A stretch of 64,000 nt of DNA from Rhynchobatus australiae (GCA_034780895.1 JAUZTB010000048.1:24270500-24334499); one strand, 5' to 3'; counted from the first letter of the stretch, positions 1-13,015 are shown. A program made the numbers and translations. Notes: generated from the sequence alone by a model not told the origin.

Positions 1-239
1 TGTTATAAACTAAGCACTTCAACCTTCTGAAGCAAATGTCATCTTTTCTTATTTGGCCTGCAGCATTTCAAGAAAGTTGTGCTGAAAATTTCAAATCTTT
101 GAAGCTAGCTCATTGCTTATTTTTGTTTCTAACCTGGTTATCTTTTTGTTTTAGCATGGATATTTCCTCAATAAAATGTAGCCTTGATATCTGGAGATGT
201 GATTTGCACAGCATTGTTCATTAAGGTTCTAGGATTGAG

Positions 240-780
240 ACCCAGCAGTGATGAAGGGACAGGAGCCATGACTTGGAGAGGCCATGCAGATGTTTCCATT
301 CACCTGCTGCTCTTTTCCTTGGTAGAAGTCACAGATTAGCAAGGTGCTGTAGGACTGGAGCAGGTGAGCTATATGTTTGTATTTTGTGGATGTACACACT
401 AGTTACTGTGTGCTGAGTGACAGTTGAGGTACTAATCAAGACTTGTTGGAGCTGCAGGTAAGTGGGAAGTATTTCATAATGCTCGTGAACATGGTGGAAA
501 GGCTTTGTGGTGTCAGGAGGTTAGTCACTTGCTGCAGCATAGCAAGCTTCAGGACTGTACTCAAAAGCCACTGTATTTATGTGGCTCACCCAGTTGAGTT
601 TCTGGTCAGTGGTGATCTCCAGGATGGTGATAATGGTGCTTAAGACCACAGTAGTGCCATTGAATGTTAAGAATTGCTGTTTAGTATTGTTGGAGATGGT
701 CATAGTCAGGCACTTGTTTGATGAGTAGTTACTTGCAATTTATCAGCCCTTGCCTAAGCAAGGGTATGGACTGGTTCATT
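240..780 (-). mobile_element. Decayed CR1/L2-group LINE, RT C-terminal and 3' part
   Basis: Minus ORF 521-703 reads LTFNGTTVV..IITILEITTDQKLNWVSHINTVA, the LINE motif LGVTID.KL.W..HI. The same family recurs at 5225-6360. Confidence 0.75.
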
Positions 781-1549
781 AGGTAGTTTTTTTTTCTGGA
801 AATGGCAATTTAATTTCTTAAAAATTAATTTCCACTTTTTTAATGCTCCTGAATGTCAGGGACTTCAAAAAAAAGCATTGATTTAAAAAAAACATTGAAT
901 GTCACTTTCATTCCCTGTTGCCCTGCATTTGCCTGCTTGAACTTTCTACCTGAGAGCATCCTGAACCTAATTGGCAAAGCCTTGGCATTATGCAGTAGAG
1001 AATCCAAGTGGTGAATGTGGACAGCAAGCCCTCTTATGTTCATAAGTTATAGTTGCCCTATGTACATTCTTTTTGAAGAACACTGTTTTACTTTGATAAT
1101 TCTGAGCTTGCCCTGTACCTTGAGTATGGCAATAACAAAAACAGTGACTGGTAGTTAAGCTGTATATGTAATCAAAGTTATAAGGGCTAAAATAGTTGAA
1201 CTCCATTGGCCCCATGTGCAAAGACCAGACCCATATTACATAAAATATTTTTTAAAATGCAGATATGGGTAGCTGTAGTAAGTTGTGCACACATTGTCTA
1301 TTCCTAATTGCTCTGAATTTGATAAAACTGGCTCACTGGGCCATTCAGTTGGCAGTTAATAGTTAACCATATTTAGTGCTGGACATATCCAAGGGAAATT
1401 TGAGAACTGAATTTTCTAAAATGTGCTTTCTTGAAGCTGGATTTGAATACTTTAAGTGTAGTCTTGTGATTTGAATTTCCATTTTCTGGATTATTAGTCC
1501 AGTCTTCTGTTGCTTCTGGTACCAATAATAAAATTACTGCACTACTGTG

Positions 1550-1925
1550 TAAAAGGACATAATTTGGTGCATCATTGGCCATACAGTGCCTCAGTTATAC
1601 CCTGCCATTCAATAAGATCATGGCTCTTCTGCTTGTCCTCAACTCCTCCACTTTTCTGCTGGATTCCCTTAATACTTAAATTTTCCTGTAGGCCAAAAAA
1701 TCTGTCTTGATGAAGACCTTTGCAGCTCTATGGGTAGACAATTCCAAAGATTTGCAGCCTTCTGAGTGAAGGAATTCCCCTTTTTGTCTATTTATAATTA
1801 GGTACTCTCTTGTTCTGCCATTCTGGCCCCTAATCCTAAATTTCTCCACTGGCGAAACATCCTCACAGTATCTCCTCTGTCAAACCCACTCAGTCTTGCA
1901 TGCTTCAACAAGCTTGCTTTTCCAC
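1550..1925 (-). mobile_element. CR1 LINE 3' end fragment
   Basis: ccattcaataagatcatggct...gggtagacaattccaaagatt...ctgagtgaaggaattc...ctctgtcaaacccactcag is a typical antisense chondrichthyan CR1 tail. Confidence 0.65.
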
Positions 1926-2966
1926 CTATGACAACACCTTCAGCCATTCTATCAATATTGTGAACATAGATATGAATACTTATAGCCAATCCTGCATTTA
2001 AGTTTTTGTTTGCAAATAGGTAATGCATTTGTTAATGAAATAAATAACTGTTCTCACAATATTGGAACAGGTTTAACAACTCTCTGCTGCCTTTTTGTTC
2101 AAGGGAATGCTGATGTATTCTGGGGAGGGATCCCAAGATTAACTTGCATTGATTTGTAACAGGAAATAGATACTGTAATATTGACGTTGAGTGAATTAAC
2201 CAAAATAATTGAGATTTGTGTATGAATAAGTTGTCATTATAAGTGCTCTGTTCTGAAAAGATACAGAATGAATTTAGAGACACCTTTTTTAATTTGATGA
2301 ATAACTATGGAACTTGATTTTTGCTTGTTTTGCTACATTTAACAATATTGAAGTGTATTTAAGTAGCTCTTTTTAGTGCAGTGCACATATTAGGAATGCA
2401 TATTCATTGTCAGCCACCTTTTGTTTAATGGGGCTGTTGGAGCTGTTGCTTCACTTGGGGCTGGCAGCTGTGCCGTATCAGTAGCCATGACCAGCGCAAT
2501 TTTCTTTACTGATGTTGACAGAAAAAGATAAGCTTTGTTTGCTTATTGTGAAATATGTTCAGATCTGCTGTACAGAGACTTGAAATTTGTCTGCTTTGAA
2601 GGGATTTTCTGTTCCTGGCCTTCTGTGTTTTAATCCCTCATTAGTTGTGGGGGGAACATGGGAAGAGGGAGGTGGAAAGGATGAGTGAAGGTAGAATCTT
2701 GGAGACTAGAGTGATTCTGATATTTCCAACCAGGTATTTGTTTGAGGTGGTGATCTCGCTCGAGACTCTGTCATCTTGCCAATGAAATGCAGCATTGCTG
2801 GTGGGGGATGGATGGGCAAATTTAACTATTTAATGAATGAGAGTTAAAATGAATAAACTTCTGGTGGAGCCCATTGGGGTTCCTTGGCTCACATAGTTAT
2901 TGTTTGAACAGGAAATGACTGATTGTTTGAACGGGAAATGACTGGTGCTGATAGGTATGAAACAAG

Positions 2967-3389
2967 TACTGGTCCTCCCCAAGTTACAAACACTCTACTT
3001 CTGGACATCCTGTACATACAAATGAGCATTTGGGAGACAGGTGGGATGGATGGAGATGGATTTGCCAGCTGCTGGGGGGCTGCAGGCATCTTCTGCTGGG
3101 TAGCAACAGGGCATTTTCCACATATCAGGTTTTCCACATCTTCCCTCCACCGAGCTGCAACAAGGAGGGGCTGGGTCAAGCCCAGCAGAGCTGGGTGTGC
3201 TGAGGAGACTCTGCTCACTTGCTCACCAAGTCGGTGAGGCTGGTTGGTGGCTGCTCTTCCTGCGTCTGCTCGCTCTCCCATCACTGCAGTCTCTGTGACC
3301 CCCAACCCACCACAGTTTGTTTATTTCTGACTAAAGGTTCTATTCCCGAGCATTGTTTGTAACCCTGTCATAATCTGGGGACTGACTAC
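2967..3389. mobile_element. Tigger/TcMar-like MITE (decayed)
   Basis: Left end tactggtcctccccaagttaca and right end taatctggggactgactac are imperfect inverted termini resembling TA-CAGGCAGTCCCC.GGTTAC. Similar termini occur at 58584-58901. Confidence 0.5.
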
Positions 3390-3619
3390 CAATGTTTATG
3401 TTTTCTTTTGCTGTTAAGGCTATTTTGTAAATCACTCTTGTGGATTTGGTGGGTAATTTTCTAAATCTCTGCTGGAAATGGGTACTTTTATCTGCAAGCA
3501 GTGCATGTTGCCCTCTTTTTTTTTTGTCTCGAGATAATTCAGTATGTTGTTGGATAGCTGTCGGTGGTGTTTTGTGAGAAGTGATGAAAATGCTGATGCT
3601 ATATATGTAAAACAGCAAA

Positions 3620-4438
3620 CCTAGGTTGGGTGAAGAACTGGTGGATAGAGTTTAATCCAGACAGGAGGTGTTGCTTTTGAGAGCTCAAATGTAAGAGGAA
3701 AGTATATAGTAAATCGCAGGACCTTTAGGAGCATTCATATACAGAGAGATATTGGGGTGCAAGTTCATGGCTCCGACAAAGTAGCAACACAAGAAGATAG
3801 GGCAGTAAAGAAGGTGTATGACATGTTTGCCTTCACTGGGCTATTGAGTACAGAAATTGGGGAGTCGCATTGCAGCTGTAGAAAACTTTGGTTACAATAC
3901 ATTTGGAGTATTGTGTACATTTCTGGTTACAACATTATAAGAAGGATCTGGAGAGTATGCAGAAGAGGTTCACCAGGATGAAGTTTGGGCTGGGCTGTAT
4001 TTGCCATAAGGAAAGATTGGATTGTTTTCTCCAGAGTGTCAGAGGCTGAAGGGTGACCTGATCGATATATAAAAATAATGAAAGCCACAGACAGGGTAGA
4101 TAGTTAGTCTTTTTCTCCCAGAATGGGAATGTCCAATGTTAGACATCATAGGTTAAGGTGAAAGTGGGAAAGTTTAAAGGAGATTTATATGACAAGCTGC
4201 TTTTTTTTTGAAATACTGTAGTAGGTGCCTAGAATGTGTTACCAAGAAAGGAGATAAAAGCAGATGCAGATGCAACAGCAACATTCAAGAGGCATGTGGA
4301 CAGACACATGAGCAGGCAGGGAGTATCAGGATGTGGACTAAGTGCAGGCAGATGGGATGAGTTTGATTTGGCATCATGGTTAGTGCAGATGTGGGGGGTT
4401 GAAGGTCTCTTTCTGTGCTGTACTGTTCTATGCATCTA
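3620..4438 (+). mobile_element. HER1/CR1 LINE 3' fragment
   Basis: GVQVHGS.KVATQ.DRAVKK.Y.MFAF, gcagaagaggttcaccaggatg, aggctgaagggtgacctgat, and the tail gtgctgtactgttctatg. Many frameshifts and stops. Confidence 0.9.
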
Positions 4439-5224
4439 ACTATTGAAACTGTTTTGGGGTTGAGGTTCCTGTTCTTAATGTGGATAGCAGGTAGCTGGAG
4501 GTTTAACATTCTTCCACATTTATTTTGGTTTGTTTTAAATTGATCTAAAATTTTGTGTTAATTCCATTTATCGTGTTGTACTATGTTGAGTCCACACGTG
4601 GGGTTTGGAAGGGCTAAATGAGCAGACTGAAGTTTTTTATTTTGAAGTCCAATATTGTACTGAAGCATAACTGCAGCAAGCAGTGGATCCTTGTCCCAAA
4701 ATGTATATTTGGCTTGCTGTAGCATTGACTGCTCTCTTGGCAAGCTCTGTCCAATGTGTCTAATCAATATAGGCACCTTGAAAATGGATAATGATGATGC
4801 TGTACATAAGGCAATGGCAAACCTGTTAAATGTATTCTTTGCAATGAAGGAAGATGGCATAATTAAAGGTACAAAGCTGAAGTTGTAAATCTACAGCACA
4901 CAATTAAAATAAAAGTGGACATAGGATTTGTCAATTTGTGATGCTCCTCAGGATTAGATGGTGCTAGTCCAGGATTTTCAAGAAGAGATGTGAGCTTGCA
5001 TATTTATAAATATAACATACTGAAGTTCAGAATTGGGGCGGTGGGTAATTATGCGTGGCTTTTATTTTAAATATTAATATGTGCCATGCAAAGAGGGGCG
5101 GAATCACCTAGTTAGCTTAACATTGGGAGTAGGAATTGAGTGTCTAAAACCTTGAATTTTCAGCTAGTCAGAGGGGGCCAATAAGGATTTGCATAAGAGA
5201 CCATGCTGATATGTTGTTACAGAG

Positions 5225-6360
5225 AAAGTCTTTTTTTTATTTTGAATGTGGGAATTGCTGTAAAGCCAGCATTTATTGCCAAACCATAATTGCCCTTGAT
5301 GAAGTGGTGAGCTGTCATCTTGAACAGCTGCAGTCCTTCTGGCTACAGCACTTTCACATTTTATTGTTGAATTAGCAGTTGGAGGATTTTGACCCAGTGA
5401 CAATAGAGTAAGACAATAGTTTCAATCACTGGTGATGTGCAACTTGTAAATGACATTTCTGACCATCCTTCTAGTCAATAGAGCTCATTGGTGAACGAGG
5501 TTCTTTTAAAGAAGCTTTAAGTTTGTGCCATGCAACTTGATGAATAATATGCACAGCAGAAACAGTACCCCAATGGTGGAGGAGGTGAATGTTTAAGATG
5601 TAGACTGCTGTTTAAACAGGATGCTTTTACAAGCATACCACCTGGCATCTTGAGTGTTGTGGCTGTGTTCATCCAGGCAAGTGGATTATTTTGCTTGAGT
5701 GTTCTTTTATGCTTCTGATTTTGTCTGTGGCAGATGGTGGAAGGCTTTGGTCAGTTGGGAGATGAGTCACATGCCACAAATCCCAGTCTCTGAACTGCTC
5801 TTGTAGTAACATTATTTGTGGCTAGTCCAGTTAAGTTTCTAGTCAGTGCCGATACTTGGGAATTGTGTAGTGGGGCTGTCCTCTTCTATTTTTAAAAGAG
5901 AAAGGAATAGCCCCAATAATTCAAGACCAGTAAGTGGAATCAATTCAAAGGGACGTCATGTACTTAGGGAGTTGCAGATTAATTGCAGATACTCAGTGTG
6001 GATATGTTTGGTAGTTCCTTTATTGATTGGCAGTTAAGATGGACTGAACGATCTCCCAGAGTTGTAAATTTTCTGATTTTCATTGTTACATTATTGAATG
6101 CTGAAAGGAGATTCATTGCCTAGTACTTGTGTGGTGTGATTGCATTTTTTTTGTATGCCAATGTTTTAATGTTGTCTAGGTGCATTATCTGCAGAGATGT
6201 GACTGGAATTGAGTATTTGTGAATCAAGAATGGACATCTCCACTTCTAGCCTTGTGAAGGAGAGTAGATCTTGAAGAAGCAGCAGGCATCATTGGAGTAG
6301 GACAGTGGCCCAAGGAACACCTGAAAAAAGGATGATTCCCCTCCAATAATCAACTTCAGA
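5225..6360 (-). mobile_element. Decayed CR1/L2-group LINE (same family as 240-780), interrupted by a sense CR1 fragment at about 5860-6070
   Basis: Tail gccagcatttattgcc...aattgcccttga; gttcatccaggcaagtgga; gctagtccagttaagtttct; GVPQG-like aggacagtggcccaaggaacacctg near 6300. Confidence 0.7.
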
Positions 6361-6379
6361 ATAAACTAACATAGGACTT

Positions 6380-6900
6380 CCATTTGGTCAAATGGGAGGT
6401 AATTTCTTTTGGACCTAAAACTATAGGAAGATGATACCTTTCCAAAGGGTGAAAATCTTGCTGGAGATGCTTGGATGTACACAAAACATTAAAATACCAA
6501 AACAGGTACAGAAAATAATCAAATGTATAGAATTCTGTACTTGTCAAGAGAACTGGAATGCAAGGGTTTGATGTTAAGCTACTGCAATACCAAATGTTGA
6601 TTAGACTCTGGAATGCAGTCAAGGCCCCATGGGTTAAATTGAAGAGAGGACAAAACAGGTTTGCATTCCCTGGAATTTAGAAGTTTGGGAGAGGTCGGTG
6701 AGGTTGTAGGGAGTGATTTTGATCAAAGCTTTTCAGACAATAGGAGGAGTTTAGCATGGACAGCATGAAATAACTTCGATTGTTGAAATCATTAGGAGCT
6801 CAAAAAAAATAAAGCTCAGACTCTCGGGTGACTACTTGGGGGTGGGGGGTGATTCTTCACGTCTAGGTTTTAGAAGTTTGGTCCTTCTGTAAATGGAAAA
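6380..6900 (+). mobile_element. Highly decayed CR1 LINE fragment
   Basis: gcattccctggaatttagaag...gtgattttgatcaaagctttt corresponds to the SLE.RRLRGDL motif. Very degenerate. Confidence 0.45.
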
Positions 6901-7569
6901 GTAATTAAGATTGGCCAGATGATAGAGAGAACTCCTGCACCTTCATGCCCCCCCCCCCAACCAATTGTTCAAAAATGCTATGAGTTTCTTTAAAAAAAAT
7001 GCTTAAAGTTTAAATATGTTTCTTTCAAACTGTCCGGTTTGGCAAGCAGCAAATAGAAGTAAGAGTAAAGGAGATAATTTGCTTGATATAGCTATTCTGT
7101 CACTTGCTGCTCTAAGTGGAGCTATCTTTTCCATCTATTCTCATGCCCTTTGCTACCCAGTACACCATCAAATTCTTACCCAATTCCTTTACAAATGTGT
7201 GCACTCTGTGCCTCAATTGCCACATTCCAATTCTTTTTCTACAGCTCTGCCCTTCCCTCTTCCCTTAAGTTTGTGATAATTGCTGTATATTGCCTTGCTA
7301 ACACTTCACCAGCCAATGAGTAATCCTTCAACCTTTGAATTAAATTGATCTATTTAACTTCTCCCTATTACAGTGAGTGTTTGTTCCTCAGAACTGCAAC
7401 CCTTCATTATGGCAGTACTTTGCTGAATTGTTCATCTTTTACAGTTTAAGTATACTCATAAGTGCCTGAACTTGCACCTATTTTGTTTTCAGTATATTCA
7501 TTGGAAAACTTAACTTGTATTTATTTCCATATATGTAAAATTGCTGCATCTCATACNNNNNNNNNNGGG

Positions 7570-8000
7570 GAGATGATCACTAAATCTGACTGTTCGGGAG
7601 TCATTGTGTAGTTTGGGGAGCATCAGAGTAACCATGGCCATGCACAGATGTGCATATAATATACCATGTTTCACAAATGCAGATTTGGGGAATTTTAGTG
7701 GACCTTTGCAAAAGGGTACAAGAGGTTTCGGGATCAAGAAAGCCACCAGGGGTCAAATTGAAATGATGGTGGAATAAGATATCCAGTGTGATCAGTCCCA
7801 GAAGTGATGCCCTAAGAAATTGCAATGTTCCAGAAGATTATTGAACCTGCACTAGCAGGTAAAAATCATGCATACTTTTGTAATGCTCTAAGACTCATTA
7901 TTCTGAGGAACCTTGTCCTGAAAGAAAAGTATGCAGCAGAAGGTTGAAGGGGAACCACATTGTCTAAACATAAATGTTTAGAGAAAAGTTTGGTGATAGT
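7570..8000 (-). pseudogene. Possible decayed Harbinger (HARBI1-like) transposase fragment
   Basis: Frameshifted pieces IAIS*GITSGTDHT (cf. IAGFP.V.GAIDCTH), CKG, QICICE, MHICAW (cf. MHVCAR) and GYSDA (cf. GS.HDA) occur in the expected order, divergent from the Myb/SANT remnant. Confidence 0.35.
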
Positions 8001-8599
8001 GAGCCTGCACAGGATTGAAGATCATTGGGATATGGAATGAATATGGTATTCCACAGATCCCACAATCCCCTTGTCCCACAATCTCTTCTGCTTTCCAACA
8101 TCGGGATGGCCCAACCTATCAACTCCTCCCCTCACTTGTGTGCCTGAAATGAAAGAGGCACCTGCTGCCAGGTATTGGCAGTACAGGAGAAGGAAGAAAA
8201 CTCCTATCACCAATTTTCAGCCTTGTCTACGATCTTGGTGTTTCCTCTAGCAGAGGATGGTTTTGGTGATCCACTATGTAAGGGGGAGTATAGCCTGACC
8301 ATGGGAGAGTAGTCCTTTTAGCTCCCTTAAGGGCAAGGTAACACTCATTCTACTCAAGGACTCTGTTTACAAATATGATGGCATAGCCCATGTACAGATG
8401 CTGATGAATATGAATGTGGATATGCTTGAGATGTAGGAAGCCTAGAGCTCATCTTTTCAACCTAAGTGGTTGCCTGTTCAATGTCAACACTTGTGAGTGG
8501 CTTTCATTGCATGAAATTGGTCTGCACTACTTAAAACCAACCTGCACCTCAACGGTATCGTGACTGGAGCAAATCGCGCTGGTAGTTATGGAATTAATC

Positions 8600-9250
8600 T
8601 GGAAAGTGGAACAACTCAGGAAAGAAGTAACTTCAAGGTCCTGTGTACTCTTGACTGGAAGCTTGGTTGGACGTGGTACATAGTAGGTGGAATGAAATTT
8701 ACCTGCAGGGGACAAGAGACTTGAGAAAAATAATGTAAAGGCATTTGAAGAAGATAACTGGACATCTGTGATGGACATCAAGTCCCACCTACTGGATAAA
8801 GGGCCTTAAGAAGATTAGTGACTTTGCATAGGTATGCAAGGTCATTGAATGAATCTTCAAATGTTATAATTTGCACCAACTACACTACCATCCTTGGATA
8901 CTGCTTTGTGCACTGCACCTAGACCCACCTTACAAACCTACCTGGCAATCTTTTATCAACTAAGACTCGTACATAGCAATCGTGTGTGTACAGCCTTGCA
9001 CACAGCATTGCTGCAAGCCTAGAGCTTAATCTCACGTGCACCTCATGTAAAGCCATTGCAATACATTTGTTAATATTTTCCTCCTCTCTTTCAGGCCAAG
9101 GTGATGGATAATTGCAGACAGCAATGGCAGCTAAGCAGCAGGTAGCTGATGCAGCTTCTTCATGCTCATATGGAGGAGGTAGTATTTGACAAAATTGGAG
9201 CAGGCTAAACTGAGACTGGCAGGCAATGGAGATGAAACCACAGCAGAGGA
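8600..9250 (+). pseudogene. Decayed Myb/SANT-like gene of a PIF/Harbinger transposon, with a retained intron at 8841-9094
   Basis: TYWIKGLKKISDFA*VCK|gtcatt resembles TW.QC.KK.NDL. After the acceptor tctctttcAG it continues AKVMDNCRQ...LLHAHMEEVVFDKIG, resembling K..HN.RE..TGGG..L..L.PMEE.VL.IIG. The intron is phase 0 and in-frame stops are present. Confidence 0.5.
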
Positions 9251-10870
9251 CAATAGCCTCCCAGTTAATAATTGTTGTGGTGCACTTTTCCCGTCTTAGT
9301 TTCCCTGTAAATAATATTTGTATTCCATTTCTCCTTCATTGCACAATCTCTCAATTCACTGATATCACACTGCCCATCCCACCATTGCAACTCTACCTTC
9401 GTGCTTTTTTTCCTTTCAATGGCTAATTGGAGGTGACAGTAAATGTGCAAGAGAATAGAAACCCATTGGCCATTAACCTATTAGTAATTAATCCTCTTTT
9501 ACATAGAATTGATGGAGATCTTTTCATGTGCCAAATGCATCTTCAGCTTTGCAAATTTGTGAGGAGTGTTAGCTGAAGTATTGCGTTCCAAAAAGACAGC
9601 ATTGGTATAAAATTGGATTTGTGTGCTAATTTGATGATCTATGTGCTCTGCATTTTATTTTGCAGGTATTTGTTGCACATGGACTTATGCCTTCACCAAT
9701 ATGGCATCCAGTGCAACTTGCAGCAGAAATATGTGCAGGTGGGTGCCACATCAGGACCAATTTGATTGCTGTTAGCAATTGTAAGAATGTGCACTGGAGC
9801 CAAATTTCACATCTGTTATGTCTAAGTCAGTAAGCGTATATTGGAATGTTTCACTCAATGTAACTCGTGTCCAGGATTATGTGAAGAAATGAGTATTGAT
9901 AAATTCAATTTGTTTTCAACAATGGGTCAACTTTGAATTTGTGTAATTATGTAATTGTAAAAATAAAATGTAATTGTCATATAGATTAAAATTCTGTTAC
10001 ACCTGAATGTTGAGCTCCCAATTTCTTGTCAGCTTCATGGGTATATGGTTGGTGAGTACAGCAAATTTTACAATCTTTATAAGTTTATAAAGCTGAATTT
10101 CTTGGCAAGTCGCAAAGCTTTCTGACTCTGAGAAGTGAGACTGCAGCTCCAGTTTTGAGTTGCTGTGTGCGTGAACATTGGAAAGTTTTTTGTCCAAAGT
10201 TCTCCATTATAGTATTAAGTATGATAACCTTACAATTATTCCTATTGTAAAAATGGCCCTTAATGTCTTTGACCCCACAACCACTTCATTCCTGCTGTGA
10301 CTGTTCACTTGATCAGTAATGCACAAACAAGCCCTTAAGCTGGATCATCACTGACATATTTCTCTCCCCCACCTCCCCAATCTGTTTTTCCTGAATACTT
10401 AGTAGCCATGAACATTGTGATTTCCTCCCTTGGTAACAGAGCTTTGAATCGAGCTCTTGGAATCTCTCCCATTATTTTCTTGGTGTTTATAATTTTTCAA
10501 AATTTCTTCGAACTGTTTTGCTGTTTCGTGTGATTCATGCTATTCTGTTTTGCTGTGTTGAGCTCTGCTTTCTAGAGCCTTTTTTAAAAAGCATTTTCTT
10601 TGCTTCTAAAGACATTGGTGGTATTTGTTTCTTTTCAGGAGCTTCCTTCTTTCTTAAACCTCCCCCCACCACCACCACCACCACCAATATCTACCTCTGC
10701 ATTTCTGTGTTGCCTATCTTACCACTCCACCAATCAATCTGCATTCTTCCTTAACTACTACTGTACCTTTCTGAGCATCGATGGACACTAATATCATTCC
10801 TCTTGTGTTAATATCTAAATTAGTTTTTCAACTGGGAAATAGGAAATCAAAGATGGCAAACTCAACTAAG

Positions 10871-10998
10871 ACAATACACAAAAAGTGCTGGAGGAACTCA
10901 GCAGGTCAGGCAGCATCCATGGAGGGAAATAAACAGTCGACGTTTTGGGCTGAGACCCCTCATCAGGACTGGAAAGGAAGAGGGCAGAAGCCAGAATC
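10871..10998 (-). mobile_element. Penelope-like pLTR-derived short repeat carrying a minimal hammerhead motif
   Basis: Reverse complement: ...ccagtcCTGATGAggggtctcagcccaaaacgtcgactgtttatttccctccatggatgctgcctgacctgctgagttcctccagcactttttgtgtattg. Confidence 0.85.
10934..10971 (-). ncRNA. Minimal type-I hammerhead ribozyme motif (core G12 mutated to A, probably inactive)
   Basis: CAGUC-CUGAUGA-g-GGGU cuca GCCC-AAAAC-GUC-GACUG. Helix I CAGUC/GACUG, helix II GGGU/GCCC, palindromic ACGU helix III. Confidence 0.75.
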
Positions 10999-11777
10999 AA
11001 CTGAGATTTTTTTTTGGACTATTAGGTGTTATTTCTGTTGATACCACAACACACTTATAATTCACCTTTTGATGTTAGATGGTATAATTTTTCCAATGAG
11101 TCAGGTTTGTTGAAAGGGAGCGTAGGAACCAGGGCCCCATTAAATTGAAAGAGTGTAACATCACTTGAGCCACATGCTAAACAATCGGAATTAATTGGAT
11201 AGAGGATTTGTTTTTTAACTGTATTGTGGTAGTTCCCTGGAATTAAGAATGAGTTTTATGAACAACTAAATTCCTGATCTGAGTGGAGAGCACATCAATT
11301 TGTGCTGTTTTTGATTGTTGGCAATGTGTTGTAGTTCTGAGCTCACCGTTGACTGCTGGCACATATCAGTTTATGTAAAAATGATATTCCCTTTTAACAG
11401 AAGATTGCTGATTTCGGATGGTCGTGCTGTGTGTCTTTCAGGAGCAGAAAACCCTGCATGAAAATACTAATCCTTTTACATCAGTAATGAGCATCATCTG
11501 TTTCATTTGTGTGAAGCGATTTCCCCCAAGCAACGTTTCAACTTTAGTTGCAGACATTCTTAATGCACCTGTTCCATTCTTAATATCTTCCTGTTTCTGG
11601 AACTTTGGTGCATTTGTATTTTATTCTAGTATGATTATCTTATTAAAGTACATAAACATTTTGGTGAGGAAGAGTACATAAACTTCAGTGAAGTGCAACA
11701 AATTGGCATGTTATGGTTCCAAACACTAATGCACTTGCACTTGTTTCTTCCCATCCAACAAAACCATTAAGAATCTG

Positions 11778-12015
11778 AAGTGTCAGCTGATCAACAGACA
11801 GTACTTGCCTCTTGAGTCAGGATTTTATAAATTCAAGCCACAGTCCAGCACTCTAGCATATTAATTCAGGCTGGCACTTAAGTGTAGTTTGAGAAAGTGC
11901 TGCTTTGTTGGAAGTGTCATCTTTTGGATCTGTTGATGAATCCTGGCTACCTTTCAAAAAGTGTAAAGGACATTGGAACATCTTGAGGTCATGAAAGGTG
12001 GTATATAACTTTGTT
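11778..12015 (+). mobile_element. DeuSINE (SacSINE1-like), internally deleted
   Basis: tRNA-like head cttgcctcttgagtcag...ttcaagccac, aggctggcact...gtgctgc...gtcatcttttggat, and the L2-like tail tgaggtcatgaaaggtggtatataa. Confidence 0.7.
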
Positions 12016-12649
12016 TTTTTTTCCCCCCAGGTTGGTTACTAGCTAATTGTGGTTTCATATGTGCCTTGAGCCTGTGTCTGGCACTGCAGTATATTTGGAG
12101 CCATTAATAGCACCGATTGCTCTAGAAATATCCCAACTGAAAGCATCTATAGTAAGGATATTGAATTTTAATCTTTAAATTTGTCTCTGTTAATAACTTG
12201 TGTTGCTTGATAGTTTTCATCTCCAGTAGCCAGTGGGGGACAGGGGGACAATGATGGTGACTAGCCACAGTCCTGCCATATGGCAACGCAATTTTCACCA
12301 CCGCACTAATAAAATTCCATGCCTATAATTCTTCACACATGCATGGTGATGTGAATCACCTGTTTTTTTTATATATATATATAAGATTTTTCCACTCTCT
12401 TTACAGCCTTTCTGAGTTTGTAATTCTGATAAATTCAGGTCAGTCGCATTTGGGGGTATCTTTGGCCACCTGTTGCAAGTTTTACTTCACCTTCTACAAG
12501 TTGAAATCTTGCAAATTGCCAAGTTATGCTTGCTTGCTTTTTCACTGTCCATGTGTGTCACAGCTAAACCATTTGTATTTCATCGAAAGAATTAATGTGA
12601 GAGTTTTAAAAAGACCAATCAGACTTGTATGGGACAACATATATTTAAT

Positions 12650-13015
12650 CAGTAGCCAAGTTCATTGCTGCGTGCACAAGTAGTGAGGTACAAGTACAGT
12701 GGAAAAACTTGCTTGCAGCAGCATTGCAGGTATGAAGGTTCAGATAACATTCAGCAAGACAAGAGGAAAAAAGATTTTTTGCACTAATCAGACACAAGTC
12801 CATGGTAATGCAAGAGTTGGTCCGTAGTGCTCTATTGCTGAGGTGACGTTAGGGTTGTGCACGACCGTTCAAGATCCTGATGGTTGTAGGAAAGTAACTG
12901 TTCCTGAACCTGGAGCTATGCGACTTCAGGCTTCTGTACCTCCTGCCCAATGGTAGCAGTGAGAAGAGGCTATGATCCAGAATGTGGGGATCCTTGACGA
13001 TAGATGTTGCCTTGA
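12650..13015 (-). mobile_element. Rex1/Babar-like LINE 3' end
   Basis: Reverse strand reads KDP.....LFSLLP.GRRYRSLK.....FRNSYFPTTIRILN, followed by the 3' UTR tttttccactgtac. Confidence 0.8.

Noticed and set aside
2889-3305. Overlapping 138-aa (-) and 104-aa (+) ORFs in a GC-richer patch
   Set aside because: No recognisable domain or splice context, and they fall largely inside a putative Tigger-like MITE.
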